This document shows positions 1 through 10,242 of a DNA stretch of 64,000 nt, in pieces (the stretch's first letter is position 1; every line of letters starts with the position of its first letter). Location of the stretch: the IMG/VR virus record IMGVR_UViG_3300047375_000738; one strand, written 5' to 3'. Position numbers and translations under genes: made by a program. The DNA is from a virus (taxonomy: Duplodnaviria > Caudoviricetes). A model generated the notes under the pieces. It was not told the origin of the DNA, searched no databases, and saw nothing but the letters and a program-made list of their open reading frames with translations.

Positions 1-103
1 TATCGCGATCTGGTAAGTCTTTCCAGTGTGCTATGTTATAAAAACGCTCAATACCACCGAAGAAGTCAGCAATGACTCCGTCCATATCTAAATATAATTT
101 CAT
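1..103 (-). CDS. HAD-family 5'(3')-deoxyribonucleotidase-like protein, 5' part (runs off the window)
   Basis: Hand translation MKLYLDMDGVIADFFGG; DxDGV HAD motif I; GAGAGG RBS; not in ORF track. Confidence 0.7.
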   Translation of the reverse strand, partial: MKLYLDMDGVIADFFGGIERFYNIAHWKDLPDRD

Positions 104-135
104 GTGTGCCTCTCTATTTGCCTAAATTATGCTTT

Positions 136-163
136 ATTATAACATAGGAGACTGCGTTGTCAA
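136..163 (-). promoter_or_regulatory. sigma70-like promoter
   Basis: TTGACA-N16-TGnTATAAT on the minus strand upstream of the HAD gene. Confidence 0.65.
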
Positions 164-171
164 CCAGTTTA

Positions 172-2481
172 TCACCAAGGTAGTGCAATATTGTATGCGT
201 ATACTACTCCGGTTTTGTCTGCTACGTATAGTTTTGTTCCGTATCCATTATACCATATTGAAGCTGGTTTGTTATTTGCTATCATTGGAATGTCTACACT
301 TTCTATTGCTGTGATAGTACCGCCTAAATCCCACGGAGTGCTATTTTCAAACAAATGCAACTTTCGTTGATTAGTTACAAATAATATATATTTTCCGTCG
401 TGACTAACCTCAAAGCCATTTATTTGATAATCGTCGCCAACTGGTATTTCGTGAGTTCCTCCACGTGGTATTACAAACTGCGCACTAGTTCCAGTATCAA
501 GAGTCCATCCGCCTGTTGCATTTTCTACACTAGAGTTAGTTGAAGTCATTTGTCTTAACCAATAGATTTCTGGAGATGAAAAATCACGTAACAATACAAA
601 TAATTTATAGTCAATATTATTATTACCGTCTGCATCTTGTCTATAACGAAGATCAATAACATCCGTTGCTGCTCTATTAAATGTTGCATCACCTGCTGGG
701 CCATTATCTTCTACCCACGATGTAATATTTCTTGTAGACGGTGGACCGAGAGGAGCAAAGGGAGACGGAGGTTCGCTTGATATATATGTCAAGTGGTACT
801 CTCTGGATTGTCCAGTGCCTTCGGTTTGAATTGTAACAGCCCTCTTATCTGTAGTACTAGTCATACCATGCATAGGCCAGCTGTTGTGACTGGTGTTTTC
901 TTTATAACCAAAATCTGACAAGCCGCTGGTGCCTAAATTGTCTTGGTTGAAGCTCCATGTTTCTCTTAACAAAGTACCCGTGCCGTATTCTTTGAAAAAA
1001 CTTAAATATCTAGAAGGAGAATTATAGTTTAAATTATTTTCCATTAATAAAGCATTTGAGTTTAAATAATAAGCTGGTAGGTTTGTCTGCCTAGTTCCGG
1101 TCATTATACCTAACGCTTCGTTTGCACCTCTTGCAGGAAGGAAAGTCAATGTACTCATATCATAAGGTGTGCTCAATGCGCCTATATGTAGTGTATTGCC
1201 TGTGCTCCACCCTTTGATAAGATAAAAAATAGATCCTGCCGGATCGCCGTTTGGAAGCACACCACCATTTAACTCTTCATTCCATGCCATTCCTACCATT
1301 AATCTACTTCCATGGACATCACCTAAATCGTGACTAACTACAGTTTCTGTTGATAGTGTGCTTAAATCAAAACCTGTACTCATAGTTCTTGTTCTAAAAT
1401 TCCAATCTTGTATGTCATTACAATAAACTACTTTTGTTCCGTCATTGGTGATATAACCGCCAAAGAATTCACTTGAAGTATCTGATTGCGTAGGTGTTGA
1501 AGACATAGTAGTCAAATCGTAGCCTGTGCTTAATGTATATTTAAATAGTCCGCCGCCGGTACCATCTGTACCAACTATTAATTCAGTACCGTTACTATTA
1601 AATTTTAATAATGTTAATGTGCTGCTAAAAATACTAATTCCATAACCACCAAAAGTAGTTGTCTGTGTGGGTGTAGTGTTAATTGATGTAATATCCCATG
1701 CAGTATTAAGAGTGTATTTTTTAATATAGTTTCGTGTTGAACCAAGTTTAGCTGTTATAATAGTTGTACTATCAATATATATTGTATGTGTTCCTATATC
1801 AGACTGACTAGCCACGGGTTGTTGTTGTTGTGATTCAAATAGTCCTTGCCGATTTTGTAGCCAGTCAGGATCTGCATCAGTATCGCCTGGAAAAAATCTA
1901 AAATTAGATTGATAATACTGTTTGCCGCTGTTGGCAGAGGCAGATGCAAGAAATCCTCTATTGTTTGGCATAACACTAGGATTGTAAATGATCTCTCCAA
2001 GGCCGCCAGACCCTACACTCTTTAATCCAGTAGCTTCTAAGCCATGTAGTCGAGGTCCTACACCGATACTTGGATACTCGATAGTAGAAATTTTATATAG
2101 TCTTGGATTAACACTTGTATTATTAATAGTAACCGATACTGATGTTGCTAAAACATCAGTACCTGGTGTATTTTGAATGTACGTATATAGTTCTACTCTA
2201 AAAGTTTCTGCATCATCATCAAAGCTACTAGCGTCTGCGGTAGGAGTAATTGTAAAAGAAGCAGCATTACTGTTAATAGTTATTACTCCATCTGTGTCAT
2301 CTAGCTCACTTTGATTACTTGCTTCCCAGTATAGATCGGTTCCATCAGATATATTAGTTGTAGTCACATTGAACGTTAATGCACTTCCTTCATCGATATT
2401 GTTAGCTGTTGGAACAATTGCATAAGTGCTATTGTATCCGGTTGAGCCAGATGCTGCCATGAGCATTTTGGTTATAATCAT
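172..2481 (-). CDS. Virion/tail-associated protein with Calx-beta-like N-terminus and beta-propeller-like repeats
   Basis: Start moved to MIITKMLMAASG (ATGA overlap with upstream stop); IDEGSALTFNVTT segment; repeated L-x-T-x-(W/Y/F)-D-x-(S/T)-T motifs; follows a tail fibre gene. Confidence 0.6.
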   Translation of the reverse strand: MIITKMLMAASGSTGYNSTYAIVPTANNIDEGSALTFNVTTTNISDGTDLYWEASNQSELDDTDGVITINSNAASFTITPTADASSFDDDAETFRVELYTYIQNTPGTDVLATSVSVTINNTSVNPRLYKISTIEYPSIGVGPRLHGLEATGLKSVGSGGLGEIIYNPSVMPNNRGFLASASANSGKQYYQSNFRFFPGDTDADPDWLQNRQGLFESQQQQPVASQSDIGTHTIYIDSTTIITAKLGSTRNYIKKYTLNTAWDITSINTTPTQTTTFGGYGISIFSSTLTLLKFNSNGTELIVGTDGTGGGLFKYTLSTGYDLTTMSSTPTQSDTSSEFFGGYITNDGTKVVYCNDIQDWNFRTRTMSTGFDLSTLSTETVVSHDLGDVHGSRLMVGMAWNEELNGGVLPNGDPAGSIFYLIKGWSTGNTLHIGALSTPYDMSTLTFLPARGANEALGIMTGTRQTNLPAYYLNSNALLMENNLNYNSPSRYLSFFKEYGTGTLLRETWSFNQDNLGTSGLSDFGYKENTSHNSWPMHGMTSTTDKRAVTIQTEGTGQSREYHLTYISSEPPSPFAPLGPPSTRNITSWVEDNGPAGDATFNRAATDVIDLRYRQDADGNNNIDYKLFVLLRDFSSPEIYWLRQMTSTNSSVENATGGWTLDTGTSAQFVIPRGGTHEIPVGDDYQINGFEVSHDGKYILFVTNQRKLHLFENSTPWDLGGTITAIESVDIPMIANNKPASIWYNGYGTKLYVADKTGVVYAYNIALPW

Positions 2482-4907
2482 GCCATTGCGTCTCCGGCTT
2501 GAAACCCAAACCAAGATGTGCCATTGAATGTAGTAAACACATAAATGTCCAGTTCTCCATTATTTGGCACGTCAGGCTGAACGCCACCAGACCATAATAC
2601 ACTAGACGGCCAAGTAATGCTAAAAGTTGGATTACTTGAGCTCCTATTTAGATATAATGTAAAAGACTCAACTCCAGATGCATATCCTTGAAATACGAAA
2701 GTTGTACTGCCGACTAATGTTATAGAAAAATGATTTGCACTACTAGTATCTAGAAGCTTTGTTGATTGCACTGCGCCTTCGCTGCTAAAAAATTCAGTTA
2801 CATTAGACTTTAAATTAATACTGCCTCCACCGTTTGCAGTAATATCAATATCGCCATTAGTTGTTGAGGTAGTAAGACTATAAGTTTGCATGTCAAGATT
2901 ACCGCCTAATTGTGGCGATGTATCGTCAACAACATCGCCGCTGCCGCCATCTGTAATTCCATATCCGGCAAGTGTTGTTGGTGTTCCTGTTAGATCAGAA
3001 AATGCAACACTTGTAAGATAGTTACTATCGTTTGTCCACTGGCTAATGTTACCACTTTTATTTATTAATGTATCAGTTGAACTTGGTGTAAATATAATGT
3101 CACTTGTTAATGCAAAGGTTCCTGGTGTTCCACCTGGTATACTATGAGTATTAATTGTGCCTAAACTTGTAATATCATATGTTTGTGCGTCAAGGTTACC
3201 ACCTAATTGTGGAGTAATGTCAGCAGCTACACTAGCGATTCCTTTTGTTGTCCAAATATAATCGCCGGTGTTACTGTTTAAAGTTGGATCCCAACCTAAA
3301 ACGTCACCTGAGCCTGCAGTACTAGTATTTAAATGCGCATCTACACTTGCATCTGCATATCCTCCTCCACCGCCGCCGGAAATATCAGAAAGTAAGGCAT
3401 AGGTACCTCCGCTACCTGTAGGAAGAGTGTGTCCGTTTAGACTACCAGTAATTGTAACACCATCGTTGCTGGTTGCTAATCGTTCATTATTGTCGTAGTA
3501 TAATGTACTTGCTGAACTTTTAAACTGAGCAAATTTACTTCCGCCTGAAGATTGGACAATAGTTGTAGAGGATATAATTTTTGTTGTACCAGAGCCGTCG
3601 CCAGCTCCTGTATCTTTTATAATACTATCAGTGCCATCATGAAATATTTCAAAATCTGCCGATGCACCTAGTGCTAGTTTGCCATTATCAGCAAAGGTAA
3701 TACTACTGCCATTTGCAACAGGTGTTGTGATAAATCCTGCATCATTGGTTAGATCGCTATTATTAAGTCCTGATATGCTTGTAATGTAACCGCTATCATT
3801 GGTTAACTGGCTTATATTTTCGCCATTTATACTAGTAAGATAGCTGCTCAAGTCAGGTGGTGTATATTGAAATTGTCCATTAGTGTTGTCATAAGATACA
3901 CTGCCCGATCCACTTGCGGTTGCACTAGCAATAAAACTTAAACTGTTTAATTGTATGTAACCTGGGTTACTAAAATTAACAGTAATGTTACCTTCTATAT
4001 CACTAGTTGTTGATATAGAAGTTCCGCCTTTGATGCTAAATGTTTCACCTCGAGAAATACTAATGCTAGTAGAATCGTCTGCTGTAATGTTAAAAACATT
4101 ATCTTCAATACGACTAAACCTATCAATAACTGTAGTTGCAAAATTTGGATCGTCTCCTAATGCTGCTGCTAGTTCATTTAACGTATTTAATGCACCAGGA
4201 GCACTATCAATTACATTAGCAATAGCACTATCGATATTTGCTTGATTAACTCCGTCAGTGATACCAAATCCTGCTAAAGTTGTGGGCTTGCTTGTTAAAT
4301 CGGCAAAAGCCACACTAGTTAAATAACTACTTAGATCGGGCGGAGTGTAATCAAATTCGCCAGTAGTGTTGTCGTAGGATAACGCTGCTGTTCCTACTGC
4401 ATTTGTTGTTACACTAATCTCTGTTAAATTAATATAGTTAGCATCATTTGTAAATGCACTTACATCCGTAGGAACTCCTGTGAGACTACTGAATGCAAAA
4501 TCTTGTGTAAAACCATTTGTGATTGTTATACTATCGGTTGCAGAATCTGTTGAGATAGAGATGTTTGTTCCAGCTACTAAAGTGATTGTATCTGTTTTAC
4601 TATCTGCATCAATATTTGTTTGCCCAGAAACTGCAAAGGTACTAAAAGCATTTTGATTTATCTCGCCGCTTGCTTGAGTAGCTGCAAGTTGATCCCATCC
4701 TACACTAGTATACCCTTCAAATAAATTAAGTGTATTATTATATCTTAAAGAACCTAAAGTAGGAGAACTATCACGCTCTGCTGTACTACCAATTGGAATT
4801 TGTACAGAACCACTTACACTTGTGCGAGGTGCAATAGCATCAAAATTATCATCCATTTCTGTATAGGTTAACGCCGAACCTTTAGTAGAACGTTTTGTTA
4901 CAGCCAT
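2478..4907 (-). CDS. Tail fibre protein
   Basis: APGALNTLNELAAALGDDPNFATT fibre motif; internal repeats TND(A/S)xY/F x4, PQLGGNLD x2, PTTLAG(F/Y)GITDG x2, YTPPDLSSYLTS x2; Gly/Ser/Thr-rich. Confidence 0.75.
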   Translation of the reverse strand: MAVTKRSTKGSALTYTEMDDNFDAIAPRTSVSGSVQIPIGSTAERDSSPTLGSLRYNNTLNLFEGYTSVGWDQLAATQASGEINQNAFSTFAVSGQTNIDADSKTDTITLVAGTNISISTDSATDSITITNGFTQDFAFSSLTGVPTDVSAFTNDANYINLTEISVTTNAVGTAALSYDNTTGEFDYTPPDLSSYLTSVAFADLTSKPTTLAGFGITDGVNQANIDSAIANVIDSAPGALNTLNELAAALGDDPNFATTVIDRFSRIEDNVFNITADDSTSISISRGETFSIKGGTSISTTSDIEGNITVNFSNPGYIQLNSLSFIASATASGSGSVSYDNTNGQFQYTPPDLSSYLTSINGENISQLTNDSGYITSISGLNNSDLTNDAGFITTPVANGSSITFADNGKLALGASADFEIFHDGTDSIIKDTGAGDGSGTTKIISSTTIVQSSGGSKFAQFKSSASTLYYDNNERLATSNDGVTITGSLNGHTLPTGSGGTYALLSDISGGGGGGYADASVDAHLNTSTAGSGDVLGWDPTLNSNTGDYIWTTKGIASVAADITPQLGGNLDAQTYDITSLGTINTHSIPGGTPGTFALTSDIIFTPSSTDTLINKSGNISQWTNDSNYLTSVAFSDLTGTPTTLAGYGITDGGSGDVVDDTSPQLGGNLDMQTYSLTTSTTNGDIDITANGGGSINLKSNVTEFFSSEGAVQSTKLLDTSSANHFSITLVGSTTFVFQGYASGVESFTLYLNRSSSNPTFSITWPSSVLWSGGVQPDVPNNGELDIYVFTTFNGTSWFGFQAGDAMA

Positions 4908-5143
4908 TATGTTTGTTCTCCGTTATCATTGTAGTATTTACCCACATATGAATTTAGAGAATTTCCAACTACACCAGGATTGTCTTCGATGTAATTAGAT
5001 GTTGTATACTCAAACAGCTCTATTTCAGCTTCGGTTAGTGCTGTGTTAAACACATAGGTCTGAGCTATCAAACTTGCTTTAATTCCTGGATCGGTTTCTA
5101 CTGCAATCTGAGCCAGTAAACTAGCATAGTTTGGATTTGCCAT
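4907..5143 (-). CDS. Hypothetical protein
   Basis: 78 aa, coupled to neighbouring genes by TAATG overlaps. Confidence 0.6.
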   Translation of the reverse strand: MANPNYASLLAQIAVETDPGIKASLIAQTYVFNTALTEAEIELFEYTTSNYIEDNPGVVGNSLNSYVGKYYNDNGEQT

Positions 5144-5436
5144 TATTCATTTACCAACACAGACGCAACACCGTTGAGAGCCGAGTTTGCTGGAAAACTA
5201 CCATGTCCTCCTGTGGCATCGCCTGATCTATGAACAAGTTCGCCTTCGCAGTATACGTTTGGACTTGTGCCTACTACTGGATCGCCACATGATGTTGCAT
5301 CTCCATCTCTAATTACGTTACCTAATCCAGCAAATACGCTGGTTTGTGAGGCAACATATTTTGTTTGGTGGAAAGGATTTGGAGTAGGACTTGCGTGTCC
5401 TACATGTTTATATTTGTCAGTAACTAACTGAGGCAT
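5143..5436 (-). CDS. PAAR-like tail spike tip protein (T4 gp5.4-like)
   Basis: 97 aa; H-x-S-P, GDATSCG and GDATGGHG repeats with His/Cys metal ligands. Confidence 0.75.
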   Translation of the reverse strand: MPQLVTDKYKHVGHASPTPNPFHQTKYVASQTSVFAGLGNVIRDGDATSCGDPVVGTSPNVYCEGELVHRSGDATGGHGSFPANSALNGVASVLVNE

Positions 5437-5444
5437 TTATACTC

Positions 5445-5735
5445 CTAGGCCATTTGAATGCCTGTGGTGCTAGTCATATATTGTTTGGCCATTTCTGGTT
5501 CTGTTTTGCACACAAACATCACTGTACTCTTATTTATCGGTACTTTTGCATCCTGTGCAATAGTAAATGCAAATGGTGCTAGACCCATTCCTTGCTGTGT
5601 TGCCATTAGTGCAAGGGGCTTACTAACTGTAATAGTTTTGTCGTTTTCTTCAACAAAACGTGCAACAACTTCGTCGCCGCTGGTTGTTTTGATTGTAATT
5701 GTATCGTTTGTTTTGTATGGTGCTTCGATAATCAT
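5445..5735 (-). CDS. Small protein, possible Sm/LSm fold
   Basis: TITIKTTSGDEVVARFVEENDKTITVSKP resembles an Sm1 beta-strand pattern (by eye only). Confidence 0.4.
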   Translation of the reverse strand: MIIEAPYKTNDTITIKTTSGDEVVARFVEENDKTITVSKPLALMATQQGMGLAPFAFTIAQDAKVPINKSTVMFVCKTEPEMAKQYMTSTTGIQMA

Positions 5736-6388
5736 TCGTATCCAAATCTTTCTTTTGTTTTTTTAAACTTATTTTGTATGTATTCTAAGTGTTCGTCACT
5801 TATTTCTAAATCTGGGTAGTTGTAATGGTTTCCTGGGCCGTCTTTTGCATTAAATTTAGTAGTACTTAATAATGTCTTGAGAAACGGATTCTTACTTTTT
5901 GTACCTAGTCTTACTATTTCCATATCATCGGTATATTCATCGCCAATATCGTGTACACAGTGTCGAAAGAAAGCAGAATCATGTGCCAATGGCGATGCTG
6001 GATTTCTTTTAAAATCAGCAAGTTTTACATTATCATATTGTTTTACTAAATTCATATGTACATCAAATGTGTATTCAGTTACTAGTTTAGAAGGCAGATG
6101 GCGATTATCTACAAAATATTTTGTCCTGTCAAAATTGTGATTCCAATGCCTCCAGTAGTGCCAGTAACCACTAATAAATCTTTCTATTGGATCGCGAACT
6201 AAAATATACATTGGCTTTCTGTTTGGAGTGCGCCTCATATATTCTTTTACACTAGTTCTTCCTGCTGCTGGATAAGCCGAATCATGCTCGACCCAAACAT
6301 AGTCTTTTGACACTGTATGTCGCAACATAGTAGTGCCACACTTGTTAAAGAAAAACAGTACGCCCTTGTCGTTGTACAGGAATGCCAT
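5732..6388 (-). CDS. Sulfotransferase family 2 protein
   Basis: 5'-PSB-like NKCGTT and 3'-PB-like ILVRDPIERFISGY motifs. Confidence 0.7.
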   Translation of the reverse strand: MAFLYNDKGVLFFFNKCGTTMLRHTVSKDYVWVEHDSAYPAAGRTSVKEYMRRTPNRKPMYILVRDPIERFISGYWHYWRHWNHNFDRTKYFVDNRHLPSKLVTEYTFDVHMNLVKQYDNVKLADFKRNPASPLAHDSAFFRHCVHDIGDEYTDDMEIVRLGTKSKNPFLKTLLSTTKFNAKDGPGNHYNYPDLEISDEHLEYIQNKFKKTKERFGYE

Positions 6389-6478
6389 TTATTTTTTACG
6401 CTTTTTAGTAATTTTTGTTGCTCGTTTTGCAGCAACTTTCATCTTAGTTTTTGTTGCTCGAGGTTTACGAAGTGCCAT
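6389..6478 (-). CDS. 29-aa highly basic peptide
   Basis: MALRKPRATKTKMKVAAKRATKITKKRKK; ATG overlaps glutaredoxin TAA and its TAA abuts the next ATG; not in ORF track. Confidence 0.65.
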   Translation of the reverse strand: MALRKPRATKTKMKVAAKRATKITKKRKK

Positions 6479-6729
6479 TATAAAGTATACCCTGTTCCGT
6501 TATATCCAGTATCTTCTAAGTATTTTACAAATTCATCATAGCCGCCAACTGCTTTGCCACCGACTGTAATTTGAGGAAATGTTCTAGCATTTGGAAATAC
6601 TTCAAAAACTTGTTCTCTAGTAAAGTCTACGTCTAATTGTTTGTAGGTGTACTCGTACTGCCGTGTTTCGCATAGGCTTTTTGCCCTGTTGCAAAACACA
6701 CAATTCTCTTTACCCCATACCTCAATCAT
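6478..6729 (-). CDS. nrdC: Glutaredoxin (T4 NrdC-like)
   Basis: CVFC active site, TFPQI cis-Pro loop, GGY; adjacent to nrdB. Confidence 0.85.
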   Translation of the reverse strand: MIEVWGKENCVFCNRAKSLCETRQYEYTYKQLDVDFTREQVFEVFPNARTFPQITVGGKAVGGYDEFVKYLEDTGYNGTGYTL

Positions 6730-7853
6730 AGACTAAAGCCTTTGAATGTATCTGCTTCAACATCTTGCTTTGTGCCACCTGAAACATAACTTGTAATCTC
6801 TGTTTCTTGTGGAGCAACTTGTACATCTGCACCTGAGATCCATTTCTGTGTCCACGGCAGTGGGTTATTCTTTACACTATAAGGCGACTTTAGATTTACG
6901 TTAGTCATTCTACGTGTGCAAATCCATTCAATATACTGTCCTAGTAGTTCAGTATTCAAACCAATCATTGAGCCGTCTTTAAACAAATACTTTGCCCATG
7001 CTTTCTCTTGATCAACTGCATCTACAAACATCTGAATACATTCAGCTTCTGTTTCTTTTGCAATCTTAGCATAGTCTGGGTCGTCTGTTTTAAGAATCTT
7101 TAGTAGCATTTGTGTACTTGCCAAGTGCAAGTTTTCATCACGAGCAATTAGTTTAATAATTTTAGCATTGCCTTCCATTTTCTTTAGTTCAGCGAATGCC
7201 CAACTACACGCAAATGATACATAGAAACGCACACCCTCTAAGATGTTTACACTCATTAGTGTAAGCCACAAGTTTTTCTTTAGTTCATATAAATCAACTG
7301 TTTTCTTTTTACCATTGACTGTGTGAGTGCCTTCGCCTAACAAGTTGTACCACATGCTTTGCTCAATTAAGTCGTCATAGTACTTTGAGATATCTCCAGC
7401 ACAATCTACAATCTCTTCAATGTCCATTAGTTCATCAAAGATTTTACTAGGGTTGCTGTATACGTTGCGAATAATGTGTGTATAACTACGTGAGTGAATT
7501 GTTTCACTGAATGTCCATGTCTGGATCCAGTTCTCAATCTCTGGCAAGCTCACAATAGGAGCAAATGCTTCTACTGGTGCTCTACCTTGTACACTATCCA
7601 ACAGGATCTGACGCTTCAAATTACTTGTAAAGATATGACGCTCGTGGTCAGTAAGTGCTTTAAAGTCCTTGCTGTCTTTGGTTACATCAACTTCTTCTGG
7701 TCGCCAAAAGAAACCAAGTTGCTTATCAGTTAGCCCGTCAAAGCTCTTATATTTTAGTGTATCGTAGCGTTGGATAGTCGGACCGCCCGACGGATCCAAA
7801 AACGCTAGAACCTTTGTGTGATCAGTTTTATTTGTTGTATCAAAAACGCTCAT
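6726..7853 (-). CDS. nrdB: Class Ia ribonucleotide reductase beta subunit
   Basis: FFWRPEEVD, FSETIHSRSY, ILEGVRFYVSF, IARDENLH diiron motifs; C-terminal VAPQETEITSY. Confidence 0.97.
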   Translation of the reverse strand: MSVFDTTNKTDHTKVLAFLDPSGGPTIQRYDTLKYKSFDGLTDKQLGFFWRPEEVDVTKDSKDFKALTDHERHIFTSNLKRQILLDSVQGRAPVEAFAPIVSLPEIENWIQTWTFSETIHSRSYTHIIRNVYSNPSKIFDELMDIEEIVDCAGDISKYYDDLIEQSMWYNLLGEGTHTVNGKKKTVDLYELKKNLWLTLMSVNILEGVRFYVSFACSWAFAELKKMEGNAKIIKLIARDENLHLASTQMLLKILKTDDPDYAKIAKETEAECIQMFVDAVDQEKAWAKYLFKDGSMIGLNTELLGQYIEWICTRRMTNVNLKSPYSVKNNPLPWTQKWISGADVQVAPQETEITSYVSGGTKQDVEADTFKGFSL

Positions 7854-7872
7854 GTGTGTATCCTTTTTTTAA

Positions 7873-7901
7873 GTTATAGCATATGTTTTCTAGTTTGTCA
7901 A
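7873..7901 (-). promoter_or_regulatory. sigma70-like promoter of nrdB
   Basis: TTGACA-N17-TATAAC with extended -10 TG. Confidence 0.65.
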
Positions 7902-10211
7902 CTAGATAACGCAGGTTTCGCAATATTCGTCTTCGACGTCAGCTGATTCAAGTTCTGGTAAAGCTTCTGCACCCATCATTTTGTTGATATCTAATTCGCC
8001 TTGACCATCGTGTGTGTTAAAATAATACAGTTGCTTACCACCGTATTTATAAAACATAAGCATGTGTTGTAGCATTGTACTCATTGGAATCTTTTCATCA
8101 TCATAGAACACTGGATTGTAACTTGTGTTTACACTGATGCCTTGGTCGATGTACTTCTGCAACACTGCCATAATTTTTAAGTAACCTTCTGGCGATTGCT
8201 GATCCCACAGTAGGTCGTACTTGTTCTTTAGACGCTTGTACTCTGGTACAACCTGTTTAAGAACACCGTGCTTTGATTGCTTCACACTAATCAAACTACG
8301 TGGAGGTTCAATGCCGTTGGTTGCATTTGCAATCTGCGCACTTGTTTCACTTGGCATAAGTGCCATTAGTGTTGAGTTACGAATGCCTGTATCTTTTAGC
8401 TGTGCTCTAAGTGCATCCCAATCCATACGCTCAACATGCGGCACCAACTCGTCTAAGTCTTTCTTATACGTTTGGTTAGGTGTAATACCGTGTCCGTACT
8501 TTGTTTCCATGTTGCCACTTGGTGCGCCAACTTCTGCTGCTAGGTCTGCACTTGCTTTAATCAAATAGTAACTCCATGCTTCTGCATACTCGTCTACCAT
8601 TGCTAACCCTTCAGCATCGATATTTTGATAATCAAGACCGTTCTTGGCTAACCAATATGCAAAGTTAATAATACCAACGCCTAAAGGACGGCGTTTCTCT
8701 GTAGATAACTGTGCTGCTAGGATAGGATAGTTTTGGTAATCTAGTAGTGCATCAAGTCCACGTACTGCTAGTTTTGCTACACGTTCAAAGTCTGCCGGAG
8801 TTCTAACATTACCCCAGTTGATTGCACTCAGCGTACACAAACTAATTTCACCATCAGGGTCATCAAAACTCTTTAATGGCTTTGTTGGTAAGTCAATCTC
8901 TGCACACAAGTTTGATTGTTTAATAGGTGCAACGTCAGGAAGGAATGCGCCGTGGTCATTAGCATTATCAACATTCTGTAGATAGATACGACCTGTGTTC
9001 TTACGCTCTTCCATAAAGCTACCAAATAGTTGTGCGGCGGGAATAGTTTTTTTGCGTAGTCGTGTATTACGTTCAGCTGTTTCATATAGCTCACGGAATT
9101 TATCTTGGTCTGCAAAGAACGCATCATACAAGCCCGGTACATCACTAGGCGAGAAAAGAGTTATATCGCCGCCTGTAACAAGTCTTTCATACATTAGTTT
9201 GTTAAACTGTACACCATAGTCCATATGACGCACACGATTTTCTTCTGTGCCTTTGTTGTTCTTTAGCACAAGCATTTCTTCTGCTTCTAAATGCCAAATA
9301 GGATAATAAATTGTAGCTGCTCCGCCACGCACACCGCCTTGGCTGCATGACTTTGTTGCTGCTTGAAACATCTTGTAGAAAGGGATAATACCTGTATGGT
9401 AAGCATCGCCCTTGCGGATTGGAGAACCAATAGCACGGATACTGCCGCCGCCAATTCCAATGCCTGCTTTTTGACTTACATACTTTACAACACTGCTAGT
9501 AGTAGCATTAATGCTATCAAGACTATCGTCAGTTTCAATAAGGACACAAGATGAGAATTGACGCTGCGGCGTGCGTACACCTGCCATAACAGGAGTAGGC
9601 AAACTAATGTCGTGTAAACTAATAGCATCATAATATTCCTTTACCCATGTTAGTCTAGTTTCTACTGAGTAATCTGCAAACAATGTTGCTGCTATAAGTA
9701 TGTAACACATCTGCGGTGTTTCAAATATCTCACCAGTTACTCTGTTCTGACAAAGATACTTACCACGGAGTTGTTCCATAGCAACATAAGTTAAGTTTTC
9801 ATCACGCTCGTGTTTAATAAAATTATTAATTTTATCCCACTCTTCGTCACTGTATTTTGTAATTAATTCAGGATCGTAAAACCCAGCTTCAATGTTGCGT
9901 TCAACTAATTCTTTTACATGGCAAGGATCGTAGCCGTCATAGACTTCCTTACGCAATGCATAATTGATAAGTCTACCACCGACATATTGATAGTTAGGAG
10001 TCTCTTCACTAATAAGATCTGCTGCTGCTTTGATAAGAGTTTCTTGAATTTCGCTTGTCTTCATACCATTAAAAAATTGTATTTGACTTTTAATTTCTAC
10101 CTCGCTTGGGCTAACTCCTGTAATGTCGTTACATGCAAAAAATACAACTTTGTGTAACTTTTCTACGTCTAGTGTTTCTTTATCGCCGTTGCGCTTGGTA
10201 ACTTGAATCAT
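7902..10211 (-). CDS. nrdA: Class Ia ribonucleotide reductase alpha subunit with ATP cone
   Basis: Start moved to MIQVTKRNG (RBS upstream); QFSSCVL, QSNLCAEI, LMPSETS, KQLYY, C-terminal CETC; no intein or intron seen. Confidence 0.97.
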   Translation of the reverse strand: MIQVTKRNGDKETLDVEKLHKVVFFACNDITGVSPSEVEIKSQIQFFNGMKTSEIQETLIKAAADLISEETPNYQYVGGRLINYALRKEVYDGYDPCHVKELVERNIEAGFYDPELITKYSDEEWDKINNFIKHERDENLTYVAMEQLRGKYLCQNRVTGEIFETPQMCYILIAATLFADYSVETRLTWVKEYYDAISLHDISLPTPVMAGVRTPQRQFSSCVLIETDDSLDSINATTSSVVKYVSQKAGIGIGGGSIRAIGSPIRKGDAYHTGIIPFYKMFQAATKSCSQGGVRGGAATIYYPIWHLEAEEMLVLKNNKGTEENRVRHMDYGVQFNKLMYERLVTGGDITLFSPSDVPGLYDAFFADQDKFRELYETAERNTRLRKKTIPAAQLFGSFMEERKNTGRIYLQNVDNANDHGAFLPDVAPIKQSNLCAEIDLPTKPLKSFDDPDGEISLCTLSAINWGNVRTPADFERVAKLAVRGLDALLDYQNYPILAAQLSTEKRRPLGVGIINFAYWLAKNGLDYQNIDAEGLAMVDEYAEAWSYYLIKASADLAAEVGAPSGNMETKYGHGITPNQTYKKDLDELVPHVERMDWDALRAQLKDTGIRNSTLMALMPSETSAQIANATNGIEPPRSLISVKQSKHGVLKQVVPEYKRLKNKYDLLWDQQSPEGYLKIMAVLQKYIDQGISVNTSYNPVFYDDEKIPMSTMLQHMLMFYKYGGKQLYYFNTHDGQGELDINKMMGAEALPELESADVEDEYCETCVI

Positions 10212-10242
10212 TCTCTCTTTTCCTTCTATCAATGTTTGGTAT

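Noticed and set aside
6726-10211. Introns or inteins in nrdA/nrdB linked to the HNH gene
   Set aside because: Both genes are uninterrupted and of normal length; the HNH at 25882 is free-standing.
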